Shown here: piece by piece, positions 10,301-19,330 of the stretch
How positions within the stretch are numbered: the first letter of the stretch is position 1
How the letters are laid out: the number at the start of each line of letters is the position of its first letter
IMG/VR virus record: IMGVR_UViG_3300043465_002420
Direction: 5' to 3' (one strand)
From: a virus
DNA: 64,000 bases
Made by a program: the position numbers and the translations under genes
Notes under the pieces: generated by a model
What the model was told of the DNA's origin: nothing
Seen by the model: only the letters and a program-made list of their open reading frames with translations
Databases searched by the model: none

Positions 10301-11505
10301 ATTCCCTTAATTTTAACAACATTAATATATTTTTGATCACCTTTTTTACCCTTGCCATTTTTCAATGTTTTTAAATTAGAAAGAATTCCCATTTCCGAAA
10401 GCATAATCTGAACATCATCTGCCAATTTCTTATTATAACAACTAAAACCAACATGGTCAGCTACATAGCCATCAGTATCGAACAAACCACGAATAAAAGC
10501 ACATCTATAGGCAGGAGGAGACTTCCAAATAATATCTGGAATTATTTTTTCCTTAAATGTTTTACCTTTCTTTAAACCAATCGAATTAACAAAATCAACT
10601 GCGTTTTTTGAGCATAATGTTACATTGAAACAATTTGGTTTTTCGTAAATCTCTGCAACAACTCCAAATACCTTTTTAAATAAATCTACAACATGTTCTG
10701 CATATGTCCTGTGTTTTTTACCAACAGCAACGGTTAACATATTTTCAGCAGACTTTACTCCTATCGACCCATCTCCAACCAAAATTCCAAGAAGTTCCGC
10801 CAATTCTATCGTAATATGATTCGGTGGATAAATTTCTTTAATACAATGCCTAATGTTGGGCCTTGTTGATTCAAAAACTTGTTCGGATGACCAATCAATT
10901 CTTGGTGCATCCCAATTACTTTCATATGAATCAGTTCCTACAAAAATATCACCAGATACAACATCCGATGCTTTTTTCCAGATTAAACCATTATTAGAAA
11001 GAACACGCCATTTGTGATTTGGCGTACATACTAATGTTTGGCCATCTTTCAAACAAATTTTCTTAGTTTTAGAAGCGTTTTGTCTCTTTGTCGCAACAAC
11101 ATTCCTAGTTTCATTACCAACAATAACTTGATCGCCTACCTTCACATCTCCAGCTATAATTGTACCACGCTTAGTCAAAACTGGAGCATTAAGTTCACAG
11201 CAATTGATTACCATTTCATATATCTTATGCATTTGATTTTCATATCCACGCTGCAATTCTTCATATTGCATGCCAAACGACCAATGTGGATATCGTACTG
11301 GAAAACCACCATAAGCTGCTACTTCAGAGATTTCATCGTAGGTAAGAAGTTGCACTACAGTTGGATAAAAGTCTAAACCCCAATCTCTACAAACATTCAA
11401 AATTATTTGAGCATGTTCTTTTAATTGTTTTGGAAGTTGAACACCAGGAATAGTGTTATCGCCAATAAGAAGAGAAGAGCCATGCATAAACTTGTTAGAA
11501 GACAT
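7396..11505 (-). CDS. spoVR: SpoVR/YcgB family protein containing two inteins (526 aa after splicing)
   Basis: GGFPVRYPHWSFG, IYEMVIN|TSPCY, AHATGHNDFFKNN, YFFPQRQTKVLNEGWA|S, NPYKLG; operonic with yeaH and prkA. Confidence 0.92.
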   Translation of the reverse strand: MSSNKFMHGSSLLIGDNTIPGVQLPKQLKEHAQIILNVCRDWGLDFYPTVVQLLTYDEISEVAAYGGFPVRYPHWSFGMQYEELQRGYENQMHKIYEMVINCCELNAPVLTKRGTIIAGDVKVGDQVIVGNETRNVVATKRQNASKTKKICLKDGQTLVCTPNHKWRVLSNNGLIWKKASDVVSGDIFVGTDSYESNWDAPRIDWSSEQVFESTRPNIRHCIKEIYPPNHITIELAELLGILVGDGSIGVKSAENMLTVAVGKKHRTYAEHVVDLFKKVFGVVAEIYEKPNCFNVTLCSKNAVDFVNSIGLKKGKTFKEKIIPDIIWKSPPAYRCAFIRGLFDTDGYVADHVGFSCYNKKLADDVQIMLSEMGILSNLKTLKNGKGKKGDQKYINVVKIKGIWAENKFYNRIGFVLNYKQELLKKLLDRKFCRSSGMELPYIQRQLIMWAKSVGITTYNNHSLGYSIKMFEKQKVGINSFSSFVQRAENQGLSVPNEIKDIISNPLFVVEHVVDGDEIETVDIALDHDSHDFIAYGLITHNTSPCYIYCLDSNTLLDHLTVIAHATGHNDFFKNNIHFSATDTNMLNNMANHASRIRKYMARWGKEKVTEFLDYLLRIDNLIDGASAWHQKVIKDKNIIDKKNYRFPRRLKVGNDRLYMDSYINTKDFKDKENEKVKDKDLAEELGFFIEPVKDVFGFLRDNAPLKPWQQDIMSMIYEESIYFFPQRQTKVLNEGWACGRRDSLVSTNMGILTLGEIVDKKLPVMVYDGEKSRNVTNWFTFENRDVYRIETRRGYVFEGSNNHRVMGDNDWVRLDKMNVGEKVKISFSNIWTKKYQKIDYKLPNKRIELKQICKKASATMSQVVYRKYHYKGEEKNDNLDKLLKQYDDQSMTCMRNKRKCISLPFSMDEEFASFVGYMIGDGHISKSKRTLGLTTGDKDQADNYIRLTKKLFNIDCKSRWDDTSKNGRYRISVTSKELEELLVYLGMKTGVCARIKQIPEIILKSPKSVIASFVRSYFDCDGYAGDAGVILSTASEVLSRQIQNVLLNFCILSTRRKQKDSCWHVRITGQEAVKYYEQIGFGLSRKQQKLKKYIDNHKWFIDQKLEDEIISIEKIGKDTVYDITVETSHRYSACGFMNHNSMTDHVIMAEQGYVSLGQKTHDDGIIEYAAHKMGVLGGKYSTNPYKLGYNLLSDIRKRWDKGQFGTEWDDCTNSTKKENWDTNAKLGKEKIFEVRKYYDDLTLIHEFFTEDFCREQEYFEYKKYPSGDTILESHEYKKIKKLLMARHVNGGLPDIRLTEPNYRGKGYLMLEHNYEGRTLYEPYVRDVLCSLRFIWQNDVFLSTKGHDGSEIVFECFDNDPLNVRIRAKR
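8086..9294 (-). mobile_element. Intein 2 in SpoVR (403 aa) with LAGLIDADG homing endonuclease
   Basis: Starts CGRRDSLVSTNMG, has GSNNHRV and FVGYMIGDG / FVRSYFDCDG, ends MNHN followed by +1 Ser. Removal restores NEGWA-S. Confidence 0.9.
9883..11202 (-). mobile_element. Intein 1 in SpoVR (440 aa) with LAGLIDADG homing endonuclease
   Basis: Starts CCELNAPVLTKRG, has block B CTPNHKW and endonuclease motifs LLGILVGDG / FIRGLFDTDG, ends ITHN followed by +1 Thr. Removal restores YEMVIN-TSPCY. Confidence 0.9.
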
Positions 11506-12715
11506 TATCGGACTCCGTATTCAATTTAGCTTTTGATTTATCTGAACCCATTAATTTTTGAATAGCTTCTAATATTTGTTGATTTCTTTTTTCTTCTGTT
11601 AAAACAGCACCACCTTCTGCATTTATTTCAGTGGTCTTAATATTTTCTCTATTAAGATCTCCCTTTTCCAAAGCTTGATCAACTACATTTTTTATTGAGT
11701 TTGCGTAATTCCAAGGAAGTATTTGTGTTATTCCAACAAGATTTACGATTCTTTCTCCAAATGATTCTTTTAATGTGTTTATAAAAACTTGATTATCTTC
11801 TTCCCAATTGTCGCCATCGGTAAAATAAAATACATATATATTCCATTTTTCTGGGGGATATCGATTTTCAAATTGCTTAGAAATGAATTTCAAAGCAGAG
11901 CTACAAGTAGTGCCACCGCCAAATCTATAATTATAAAATTTTTCTTCATCTACTTCCATAGCAGAAGAATCATGCCAAACAAAAAGTCTATCTACTCTTT
12001 TGTAAAATCTTCTAATCCAAACATCAATCCACCAAGCCATATCAGAAACTATTTCGCACTTTTGCTGATCCATACTTCCAGATCCATCTCTAGCATATAT
12101 GATCAAAGCATTACTTGAAGGAACTTTAATTTCCTTGTATTGCCTATATCTTTTATCTCTTTTTATTGGCTTGATTGCCTTAATTGGATCTTTGCATCCT
12201 GGTACTATTTCCAAATCATTTATAGTTCCATCTGCTGCTTGTCTTTTTAGAGCTTCTAAAAATGTTCTTCTGTTATGCCTTAGTGATTCTGGGCCTACTA
12301 AAGATATGTTGTTATATTTTATTTTTACTTCATCAAATGTGTCGCTTACTTTTGGCTTTAGATTTGGAAGTTCTAATTCTCCCTGCATGAATTTTAAAAC
12401 TTCTTCAAGGTCAAGACTTATGGTAATTCCTTCACTTTCATCTTGACCAGCACCATTGCCATTACCCTTGCCCTTTTTGCCCTTGTCGATCACATCGCCA
12501 TCTTTGCCTTTTCCTCTTCCTGTTCCATTTCCATTATCGCCATAAAGGATTTGCGGAATATCGATTTTTGGAATGGATATCGATATTTTACCACGCTTAC
12601 CTCTAGACTTAACAATTTGGCCACTTTTGATAAATTTCTTTAGAGCTTTGCGTAGCTTGCCAGAAACAACATCAATAAAATCTTTGTGGTCTTCTTCAAT
12701 TCTTCTAGGACACAT
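11495..12715 (-). CDS. yeaH: YeaH/YhbH (DUF444) VWA-domain protein
   Basis: Gly-rich GxGxGxxGD segment, MIDAS-like DGSGSM, GGGTTCSSAL, YPPEKWNIYVFYFTDGDNW. Confidence 0.9.
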   Translation of the reverse strand: MCPRRIEEDHKDFIDVVSGKLRKALKKFIKSGQIVKSRGKRGKISISIPKIDIPQILYGDNGNGTGRGKGKDGDVIDKGKKGKGNGNGAGQDESEGITISLDLEEVLKFMQGELELPNLKPKVSDTFDEVKIKYNNISLVGPESLRHNRRTFLEALKRQAADGTINDLEIVPGCKDPIKAIKPIKRDKRYRQYKEIKVPSSNALIIYARDGSGSMDQQKCEIVSDMAWWIDVWIRRFYKRVDRLFVWHDSSAMEVDEEKFYNYRFGGGTTCSSALKFISKQFENRYPPEKWNIYVFYFTDGDNWEEDNQVFINTLKESFGERIVNLVGITQILPWNYANSIKNVVDQALEKGDLNRENIKTTEINAEGGAVLTEEKRNQQILEAIQKLMGSDKSKAKLNTESDNVF

Positions 12716-12751
12716 ATTTTAACAACCTCTTTACAAAAATTATTTGACATA

Positions 12752-14824
12752 TTATTCTTCTGCCAAATCGCCTCTAGCAAATATGCTTCCTACAAAATCA
12801 AGAACATCTGTTGCCGATCTTTCATTGTACCCGTATTGTTTTATCAAACGAGTCTTTATTGCATCGATCTTTTCTTGTATATCTTTATCAACTACTGTGG
12901 CACCAGAAACATTTAAAGCAGAAAGCTTAATAGTGTCTTTAACATCTTCAAACAATTTAGCTTCCAATGCTTTTTTCAATTTAGAATTAGAATCCCATCG
13001 GAATGTCTTATGCTTAATTGCAAGATCTCCAATGAATGCAGCGATTTGTCTTCGGAAATCATCAGCACCTTGCTCTGGGATATCTATTTTCGATTCAACA
13101 GCCCTCATAAGCCTTTCGTCTGGCTTTCTATCTTGTCCAGTAATTGGATCTTTGATTTTAGACTTATTGATATAGGCCATGATATTATCGATATAGTTGG
13201 TGCATAAACGAATTACTGCATCTTCATCGCCAACCAAGGCCTTTTGAACTTCTGCCTTCAAAATTTCAGTCAATTTCTTCACCACCAAATCAACACAAGT
13301 AATATATCGACCAACATCATCTTTATTATTTAGCAAAGAACTACCTTCTAGGCCATCTCTTAGTTCATTCAAAACCATGAACATATTTACATAATCATGA
13401 TTGTTCGCAAGGCAATTGGAAAGTTTGTCTTGAATATATCGAACAGAAACACCTCTAGTCATGCCTTCGTCTGGATATCTGTCTTTTAGCTCTTTGACCT
13501 GTTCGTCTGTCCAACCTGGTAAGAGCTTACCATCATACAATTCTGCTTTTTCAACCAAAGATATCTTTCCATCTTTGTCGTCATTTAGTCTTGTCAAAAT
13601 TGCCCATAATGCAGCAACTTCCAAGGTATGTGGAGCAATATGTTGCTTTACTTTTGTTGGCCCATAATCTTTTTCTAGAATCTTTAGCTCTTCTTCCCAA
13701 CGCAAAGTATAAGGAACATCAATCTTTACAGTTCTATCTCTAAGTGCTTCCATATATTGATTGCTTCTAAGTTTTTCATATTCTGGATTATTGGTGTGTG
13801 TAAATATAGCCTCATCGATACCAACTTGACTAAATTTCTTTGGCTTGATACTTTGTTCTTGTGATGCTCCTAAGAGATCGTACAAGAATGCTTGATCTAG
13901 CTTCAAAGCCTCTATAAATTCAATCATTCCCCGATTTCCCACACAAAATTCCCCGTCAAAATTAAAAGCTCTAGGATCAGAATCGGCACCGAATGTTCCA
14001 ATTCTGCCAAAGTTTATATCGCCAGTAAGTTCAGTACTATCTTGATTTTTTTCGTCTTTAGGTTGAAATGTTGCAATACCACAACGATCAGACTCACTAA
14101 ATGTCTTACGAATAACACGGATATGTTTTTCAAGAATCTTTTCCAAATCACCATCATATTTTTTCAACAATGCATTCATGAAAAATCTACATCTTGGATC
14201 TAGTTCTCCTTCGCATCGCAATTCATAAATTTCAGATCTTTCACTTTCTGGAACTGATTCTAACAAAGCACGATTAATTTCTTCCATGATTGGCTTTCGC
14301 ACTTCTGGTGGCAGTAGCTTTAATGGCTGCTCATGCATTGGGCATTCATCTTCATCTTTTAAGTAAATCCCATCGACACCTGTTGGAAGATTAATCCATT
14401 TAAAACTATACCAAGCTCCAGCATCGGTGGTGGAATAACGCTCCATTTCTCTTTTGAACAATCTGCAAAGAGTTGATTTTGAGCTTCCTACAGGACCATG
14501 AAGAAGCAAAATTCGTTTTTCTGTTCCGAAATGACCAGCAGCACCCTTGATGAATTTAACAAGAGAATCTTTAGTTGGTGTCAAGCCAATAATGGGATAT
14601 TCTGGGTTGTCGAAAAAATTATAATGTTTATATGTTTTGCGATATTCTTCTACTGGGTAGAATCCTTTTTCTATCACCATATCAAAAATAATTTGCCAAG
14701 AATTCCTAAGTAACTTTGGATTGGTGTAACACAAATCTACATATTCAGAAAACGACATTTCGTTATTGAGAATTTTAAATTTACTTTGATCAAATTTACC
14801 TATAAACTTATTTAAAGCGTTCAT
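12752..14824 (-). CDS. prkA: PrkA/YeaG AAA+ serine kinase/ATPase
   Basis: EKRILLLHGPVGSSKST (Walker A), DEKNQDSTELTG, DPRAFNFDGEF, NRGMIEFIE, HTNNPEY, EALRDR. Confidence 0.93.
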   Translation of the reverse strand: MNALNKFIGKFDQSKFKILNNEMSFSEYVDLCYTNPKLLRNSWQIIFDMVIEKGFYPVEEYRKTYKHYNFFDNPEYPIIGLTPTKDSLVKFIKGAAGHFGTEKRILLLHGPVGSSKSTLCRLFKREMERYSTTDAGAWYSFKWINLPTGVDGIYLKDEDECPMHEQPLKLLPPEVRKPIMEEINRALLESVPESERSEIYELRCEGELDPRCRFFMNALLKKYDGDLEKILEKHIRVIRKTFSESDRCGIATFQPKDEKNQDSTELTGDINFGRIGTFGADSDPRAFNFDGEFCVGNRGMIEFIEALKLDQAFLYDLLGASQEQSIKPKKFSQVGIDEAIFTHTNNPEYEKLRSNQYMEALRDRTVKIDVPYTLRWEEELKILEKDYGPTKVKQHIAPHTLEVAALWAILTRLNDDKDGKISLVEKAELYDGKLLPGWTDEQVKELKDRYPDEGMTRGVSVRYIQDKLSNCLANNHDYVNMFMVLNELRDGLEGSSLLNNKDDVGRYITCVDLVVKKLTEILKAEVQKALVGDEDAVIRLCTNYIDNIMAYINKSKIKDPITGQDRKPDERLMRAVESKIDIPEQGADDFRRQIAAFIGDLAIKHKTFRWDSNSKLKKALEAKLFEDVKDTIKLSALNVSGATVVDKDIQEKIDAIKTRLIKQYGYNERSATDVLDFVGSIFARGDLAEE

Positions 14825-14866
14825 CTGCTATCTCCGTTATATTTTCTGTAATGGCACAACTAATTC

Positions 14867-14895
14867 ATTATAAGGTGAATCTTTTATTTTGTAAA
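14867..14895 (-). promoter_or_regulatory. sigma70-like promoter of the prkA operon
   Basis: TTTACA-N17-TATAAT on the minus strand, with SD GGAG before the prkA ATG. Confidence 0.7.
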
Positions 14896-14912
14896 TAACT
14901 TTCTAAATTATT

Positions 14913-15278
14913 TCACTTTACTTCGCCCCATGCACTATCATTTTCAATATCATTTAATGGGTTAGATCTTTCAGCTTCGCCATATGGATTAGATCCCATA
15001 TGAGAATTTTCTTGTGCGTTAGACCTTTGATCTGTGACACCGCCAGGTCGTTCCATATTCCATTTATGTCTATAGTCATGACCTGAAGAATCACTGTTCC
15101 AAACATCTGTGCCAATTGGATTGGTGAATTTAACCCTACAAGCGGTAAGGAGTTTTGTTTTTGATTTGGATTTACATTTTGGACAGGAAACATTTTTATA
15201 TTTTCCTGTCTTATCGAAGTCGGCAATCTCTTCCCAAGATTTTTTACATTTATTACATTCAAAAGCATAATTCGGCAT
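14913..15278 (-). CDS. FmdB-family zinc-ribbon protein
   Basis: MPNYAFECNKC...CPKCKS (CxxC_CxxC). Confidence 0.75.
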   Translation of the reverse strand: MPNYAFECNKCKKSWEEIADFDKTGKYKNVSCPKCKSKSKTKLLTACRVKFTNPIGTDVWNSDSSGHDYRHKWNMERPGGVTDQRSNAQENSHMGSNPYGEAERSNPLNDIENDSAWGEVK

Positions 15279-15287
15279 TTTATAATC

Positions 15288-15572
15288 CTATAAATTTTGT
15301 AAATCTCTAAACTTTTTATAAACTGTAGAGATTTTATCTAATTTAGTATCAAGTTTATAAAAGTTCCACCAAAAAGATTTACTACAAAATTTAATAGCCT
15401 TATCAATAAGCTTTTGATTTAATGCCATATAAGTAAGTTCTACATTTTCTTGTTGTAGTGCTTGCTCTTCTGCCAATAGCTCTTTGTATTCTTCGGGAGA
15501 AATAGGCCTGTTCATTTCTTCTTCAAATTCTTCATCTTCTTCGTCATTATCTTCAAATTCAAATCGTTTCAT
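15288..15572 (-). CDS. Acidic hypothetical protein
   Basis: Start moved to MKRFEFEDND (GAGG SD), removing the overlap with the upstream gene. Confidence 0.6.
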   Translation of the reverse strand: MKRFEFEDNDEEDEEFEEEMNRPISPEEYKELLAEEQALQQENVELTYMALNQKLIDKAIKFCSKSFWWNFYKLDTKLDKISTVYKKFRDLQNL

Positions 15573-15573
15573 T

Positions 15574-16194
15574 TTAACCTCTGAATATGCATTCAAATAT
15601 GTTTGTAGCCGACATCCATATATCATCCAATCTTCTTTCGTTTAGGCCTAACAAAGTACGATTGTATTTGGCCAAAGGATGAAATGGATACTCATCTTTA
15701 TTTATCCATGAAGACAAATTAAAGTTACCCCAACCATTAGAATATGTCACAAAATTCACAATTTTATCTTCTTTTACATCACAATATAAATCAGATTTCT
15801 CTTCAAAATTAGAATTTAAGTCATTTACTAAATAAAAATCATTTTTTTTATAATTTTTTTTAGAATGCAAAAAACTATTTTGCTCTAGCTCACGAACACA
15901 AATTATATCAGAACTAACAATCAAAGCTGGTAAACTTAGCTTGTCTTTTTCAATAAAATAACGCAAATAAGACAAACTATCGCTTGTTTTTAAAATTTCA
16001 AAATTAAAATTGAGCTTTTTTGCCCACATAAACAAATTTCGTTTTATGTCTTTTCTTTGACATGCTATTGCTATTTTTGCTTCTGGTAAGTATTTAGAAA
16101 ATGAATAGGCACTAAGAAAAGCCATCCAATCACTTGAAATGCTATGATCGCAACAAATTAAAACACTTAAATTTTCGCCAGTACTTGTAATCAT
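15574..16194 (-). CDS. Hypothetical protein
   Basis: 206-aa ORF with normal composition. Confidence 0.65.
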   Translation of the reverse strand: MITSTGENLSVLICCDHSISSDWMAFLSAYSFSKYLPEAKIAIACQRKDIKRNLFMWAKKLNFNFEILKTSDSLSYLRYFIEKDKLSLPALIVSSDIICVRELEQNSFLHSKKNYKKNDFYLVNDLNSNFEEKSDLYCDVKEDKIVNFVTYSNGWGNFNLSSWINKDEYPFHPLAKYNRTLLGLNERRLDDIWMSATNIFECIFRG

Positions 16195-16220
16195 GCATTA
16201 ATTGAGAATGGAAGATCAAA

Positions 16221-16382
16221 TTAAATATGATCTTCTTTTTTTGATTTGTATACAGAAGTGAATTTTAGGTTTGTTGGCTTTGCTGGACTAACTTTTTTTG
16301 CCATAAGCATATTTGGAGAATTGGCACCTTTTGACTTAAAACCATAAAATTTTTCGTTCAAAAATTGTTGAAATGTTATCAT
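16221..16382 (-). CDS. 53-aa basic protein with capsid-targeting-like N-terminus (not in ORF track)
   Basis: MITFQQFLNEKFYGFKSKGANSP...; ATGA overlap with the upstream gene. Confidence 0.65.
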   Translation of the reverse strand: MITFQQFLNEKFYGFKSKGANSPNMLMAKKVSPAKPTNLKFTSVYKSKKEDHI

Positions 16383-16678
16383 TTTGCAGTTCCTATTGTG
16401 CCAACTGCTGGGGCTGTTGTTTTTTTATTTTGTTGCTGTTTAATCATATTTTGAATTGCAATAGGATCAGGCTGTAAAGGAATGCCTGATTTTTTCATAT
16501 TAGCCAATGAAGCTTTGTATTTAGGATCTTCTTGAGTCATTTTCCAAGTTTGAGCAGGTGTCAAAGGTTTGTTAGTTTTAGGGTCTGTACCATATATTTG
16601 TGGTAAATTTTTCAATAGATCGCTAAATGTTCCAACTTGTTTTTCATCCGACTCTAGCCAATTTTTAAAATTAATCAT
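16379..16678 (-). CDS. Hypothetical protein with capsid-targeting-like N-terminus
   Basis: MINFKNWLESDE start; AGGGG SD. Confidence 0.65.
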   Translation of the reverse strand: MINFKNWLESDEKQVGTFSDLLKNLPQIYGTDPKTNKPLTPAQTWKMTQEDPKYKASLANMKKSGIPLQPDPIAIQNMIKQQQNKKTTAPAVGTIGTAK

Positions 16679-16733
16679 TTATACCCCTTTTCAATCTATA
16701 TATATTTGTCACAAATCTTTAATTAGGTGAAAA

Positions 16734-16937
16734 ATGAAATTTTGTTGCTTTTACAATATGTTTTTTAGTGCTATTTTTGGATTTTTTCTTTGTTTTTTTA
16801 TTATTGGAACACAACTTATAAAAGAAAACGAAAAAGAAAAACATGATCACAAAACCTGTCAAAAATGCGTGTGCGAAAAAAAATGTAATTGTCCACATGA
16901 AAAAGAACCATGCGAAACTAAATGTTTATGCGATTAA
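16734..16937 (+). CDS. Small membrane-anchored Cys/His-rich protein
   Basis: Hydrophobic N-half, then HDHKTCQKCVCEKKCNCPHEKEPCETKCLCD; AGGTG SD. Confidence 0.45.
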   Translation: MKFCCFYNMFFSAIFGFFLCFFIIGTQLIKENEKEKHDHKTCQKCVCEKKCNCPHEKEPCETKCLCD

Positions 16938-18294
16938 TTATCTTGGTCGTTGAAATATTCTCTACCATGGGAGCAAAAATTGTATTCTTGGCAAATTCAC
17001 GACCAATTACATTAGAATTTTGATACTCCATACCTTTAACCAAAAAATCAGGTTTTATTTTCTTTATAATTTCGTATGGAGTGTCTTCATCGAAATGTAA
17101 AACATAATCAACACATTGCAAATTGGCCAGCAATAACATTCTATCTTCTAGTTTATTGATTGGTCTGTTTGGCTTCAATTTAGAAACAGATTCGTCTGCA
17201 TTTACAGCAACCAATAACTTATCTCCAAAACTTTTAGCATAATTCAAGTTACTTATGTGGCCTGAGTGAAGAATATCAAAACATCCATTTGTCATACACA
17301 ATTTAAAATTTCTATTTTCAAAAAATTCTGGTGTGACATACTTCGATTCAACTTTATTTAAAATTGAATTTATTTTATTGAAATCCAATGGCTTATTATG
17401 TTTTTCCTTTACATAAATAGAACCCATTTTAAAGGAAAATTTTGAAGCGTCTTTTAATGATATTCCATTTCCCAAACACAATCCGCAAAATGCTATAAAA
17501 CAATCACCAGCACCAATAACACTATTTGGAGCATCCAAAATTTCTTCACACTTGTAATCAAAATAATCACCATCATATCCATACAATCCATCACCACCAT
17601 TTGTTATGATTACATTTTTAGCATTGGTTATATTTATAATTTTTTCAATTTGCTTGTTGCGATCTGATTGCCCTGTAATATTCTTTGCTTCTATTGAATT
17701 GGGCTTTATAAGACTACAACCAAGCCATTTATAAATATCTGTTTTTGGATCAACAATTTTAATTTGACATTTATGATTTTTAGCTAAATTTGAAACTATG
17801 TTGTTATAAAAAACACCCTTATCATAATCGGAAAATATAATAACATCAAATTCTTGTTCCATAATACGATCAAACAAATCACAACAATATTTAGTTATTT
17901 CGCTCTCAGACAAACCACAATTAGACTTTTCCACATCCCATCTATATGTTGGAAATTCATTGCTATAAAATCTTTTTTTTCTTGAAATATTATTTGGAAT
18001 ATCAATAGAAAGAGAGGTGTCCAACCCATGTTTGCTTAAAATTGATTTTGCATTTGCATCAAGAAAAGAACAAAGAAATGTATTCTTATTGAAGTTTTTT
18101 AACTGGAATGCGACATTTGCTGCTCCGCCTGGGAAAACATTTGTCGGATCTTCATTATCAGAATGCATTACTGGTATGGGGAATTCTGGCGATATTTTTC
18201 TAACACTAACATCAAAGTATTCATCCAACATAGAATCACCTATGACAGCGATTCGTATGTTACTATTTTTTATTTTCTCTAAAATATCTTTCAT
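16918..18294 (-). CDS. hldE: Bifunctional heptose-7-phosphate kinase / heptose-1-phosphate adenylyltransferase
   Basis: VIGDSMLDEY, ISPEFPIPV, GGAANVA, SDYDKG, GAGD (PfkB); TNGCFDILHSGH, AVNADESV and STTKII (nucleotidyltransferase). Confidence 0.88.
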   Translation of the reverse strand: MKDILEKIKNSNIRIAVIGDSMLDEYFDVSVRKISPEFPIPVMHSDNEDPTNVFPGGAANVAFQLKNFNKNTFLCSFLDANAKSILSKHGLDTSLSIDIPNNISRKKRFYSNEFPTYRWDVEKSNCGLSESEITKYCCDLFDRIMEQEFDVIIFSDYDKGVFYNNIVSNLAKNHKCQIKIVDPKTDIYKWLGCSLIKPNSIEAKNITGQSDRNKQIEKIINITNAKNVIITNGGDGLYGYDGDYFDYKCEEILDAPNSVIGAGDCFIAFCGLCLGNGISLKDASKFSFKMGSIYVKEKHNKPLDFNKINSILNKVESKYVTPEFFENRNFKLCMTNGCFDILHSGHISNLNYAKSFGDKLLVAVNADESVSKLKPNRPINKLEDRMLLLANLQCVDYVLHFDEDTPYEIIKKIKPDFLVKGMEYQNSNVIGREFAKNTIFAPMVENISTTKIINRINI

Positions 18295-18344
18295 TTTTTG
18301 AACCCAAATAATTGTTTATGTAATTATTTGAGTTTACAAACAAA

Positions 18345-19217
18345 TTATTCAATACTTAATCCAAGACTTTGCATCTTTTGCACCCATTCTTCCTGTTCTC
18401 TTTTATTTTCAGAATCAATTTTTAAAACCTTAGTTCCTTGCAAAGATTTTGACAAAGCTTCAACTTCCAACCTTGTAAGCCTCATAGCTCCACGATGTTC
18501 ATGATAGTCCTCCCATGCTTCAATAGCCCAAGGAACAATAGGCTTTATAAGTTCTAACATGGCATCTGCGAATACTCTAATCTCCCATTGAGCATGAGGA
18601 TCGCAACGCAAGGCCAAAAAGTGCAAAAGATTATGCAAATCTACTTTCCAATACCACTCTGTATAAAAATTAACTGGTAGAAGCATCCTTGCTTGTTCTC
18701 TAGCCACACCTTTTTGAATTGCTTTTTCATATTCATCGTATGATTGATTGCAGATAGAATCTATCTTTTCAATAAAGTTAGAAGCATCAACTTCATTTAT
18801 TGATTCGCCACTTCCTTGTTTATTTACTGATGATTGTTGCCTCACATTTTCAATTTCTGGCTTATAAAATTCATCCTTCATCATTGAATATCTTCCACTG
18901 TATTCGTTAATTTTAGCGGTCCTATGCCTCACCATTTGTCTGGCTACGAATATGGGCATTTGCATATTGAATTTTATTTCAATCATCTCGAATGGGGTTG
19001 TGTGCTTGTGACGAAGCAGATAACGAATCAATCCTCTATCTTCATTAATGGTTTTAGTTCCATCTCCATAAGAAACTCTAGCAGCTTGAACTATTGCGTA
19101 ATCTGCGGTCTTCCTATCATCTGGAACAAGTCTTGGCATAACATCAACAATCGTCACATGACCCTTGTCCAAGCATTTGATTGTTTTTTCAGAAACATTT
19201 GTCAAAACATCATGCAT
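18345..19217 (-). CDS. thyX: Flavin-dependent thymidylate synthase
   Basis: AARVSY, HTTPFE, RHRTAKINEYSGRY (RHRx7S), EQARMLLP, QWEIR. Confidence 0.95.
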   Translation of the reverse strand: MHDVLTNVSEKTIKCLDKGHVTIVDVMPRLVPDDRKTADYAIVQAARVSYGDGTKTINEDRGLIRYLLRHKHTTPFEMIEIKFNMQMPIFVARQMVRHRTAKINEYSGRYSMMKDEFYKPEIENVRQQSSVNKQGSGESINEVDASNFIEKIDSICNQSYDEYEKAIQKGVAREQARMLLPVNFYTEWYWKVDLHNLLHFLALRCDPHAQWEIRVFADAMLELIKPIVPWAIEAWEDYHEHRGAMRLTRLEVEALSKSLQGTKVLKIDSENKREQEEWVQKMQSLGLSIE

Positions 19218-19330
19218 GATATTTTCCTTTTAAAAATCAATAATTAACATTTCAAATTATAGCAAAAATCAATCCAATTAAACAATAGATATAATCGACA
19301 ACAAACAAAGTAAATAATAACAAGGCAATT

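Noticed and set aside
12744-13175. 143-aa plus-strand ORF and similar antisense ORFs over prkA, yeaH, spoVR, thyX and RCC1 genes
   Set aside because: Antisense shadows of well-supported genes, with no motifs or RBS.
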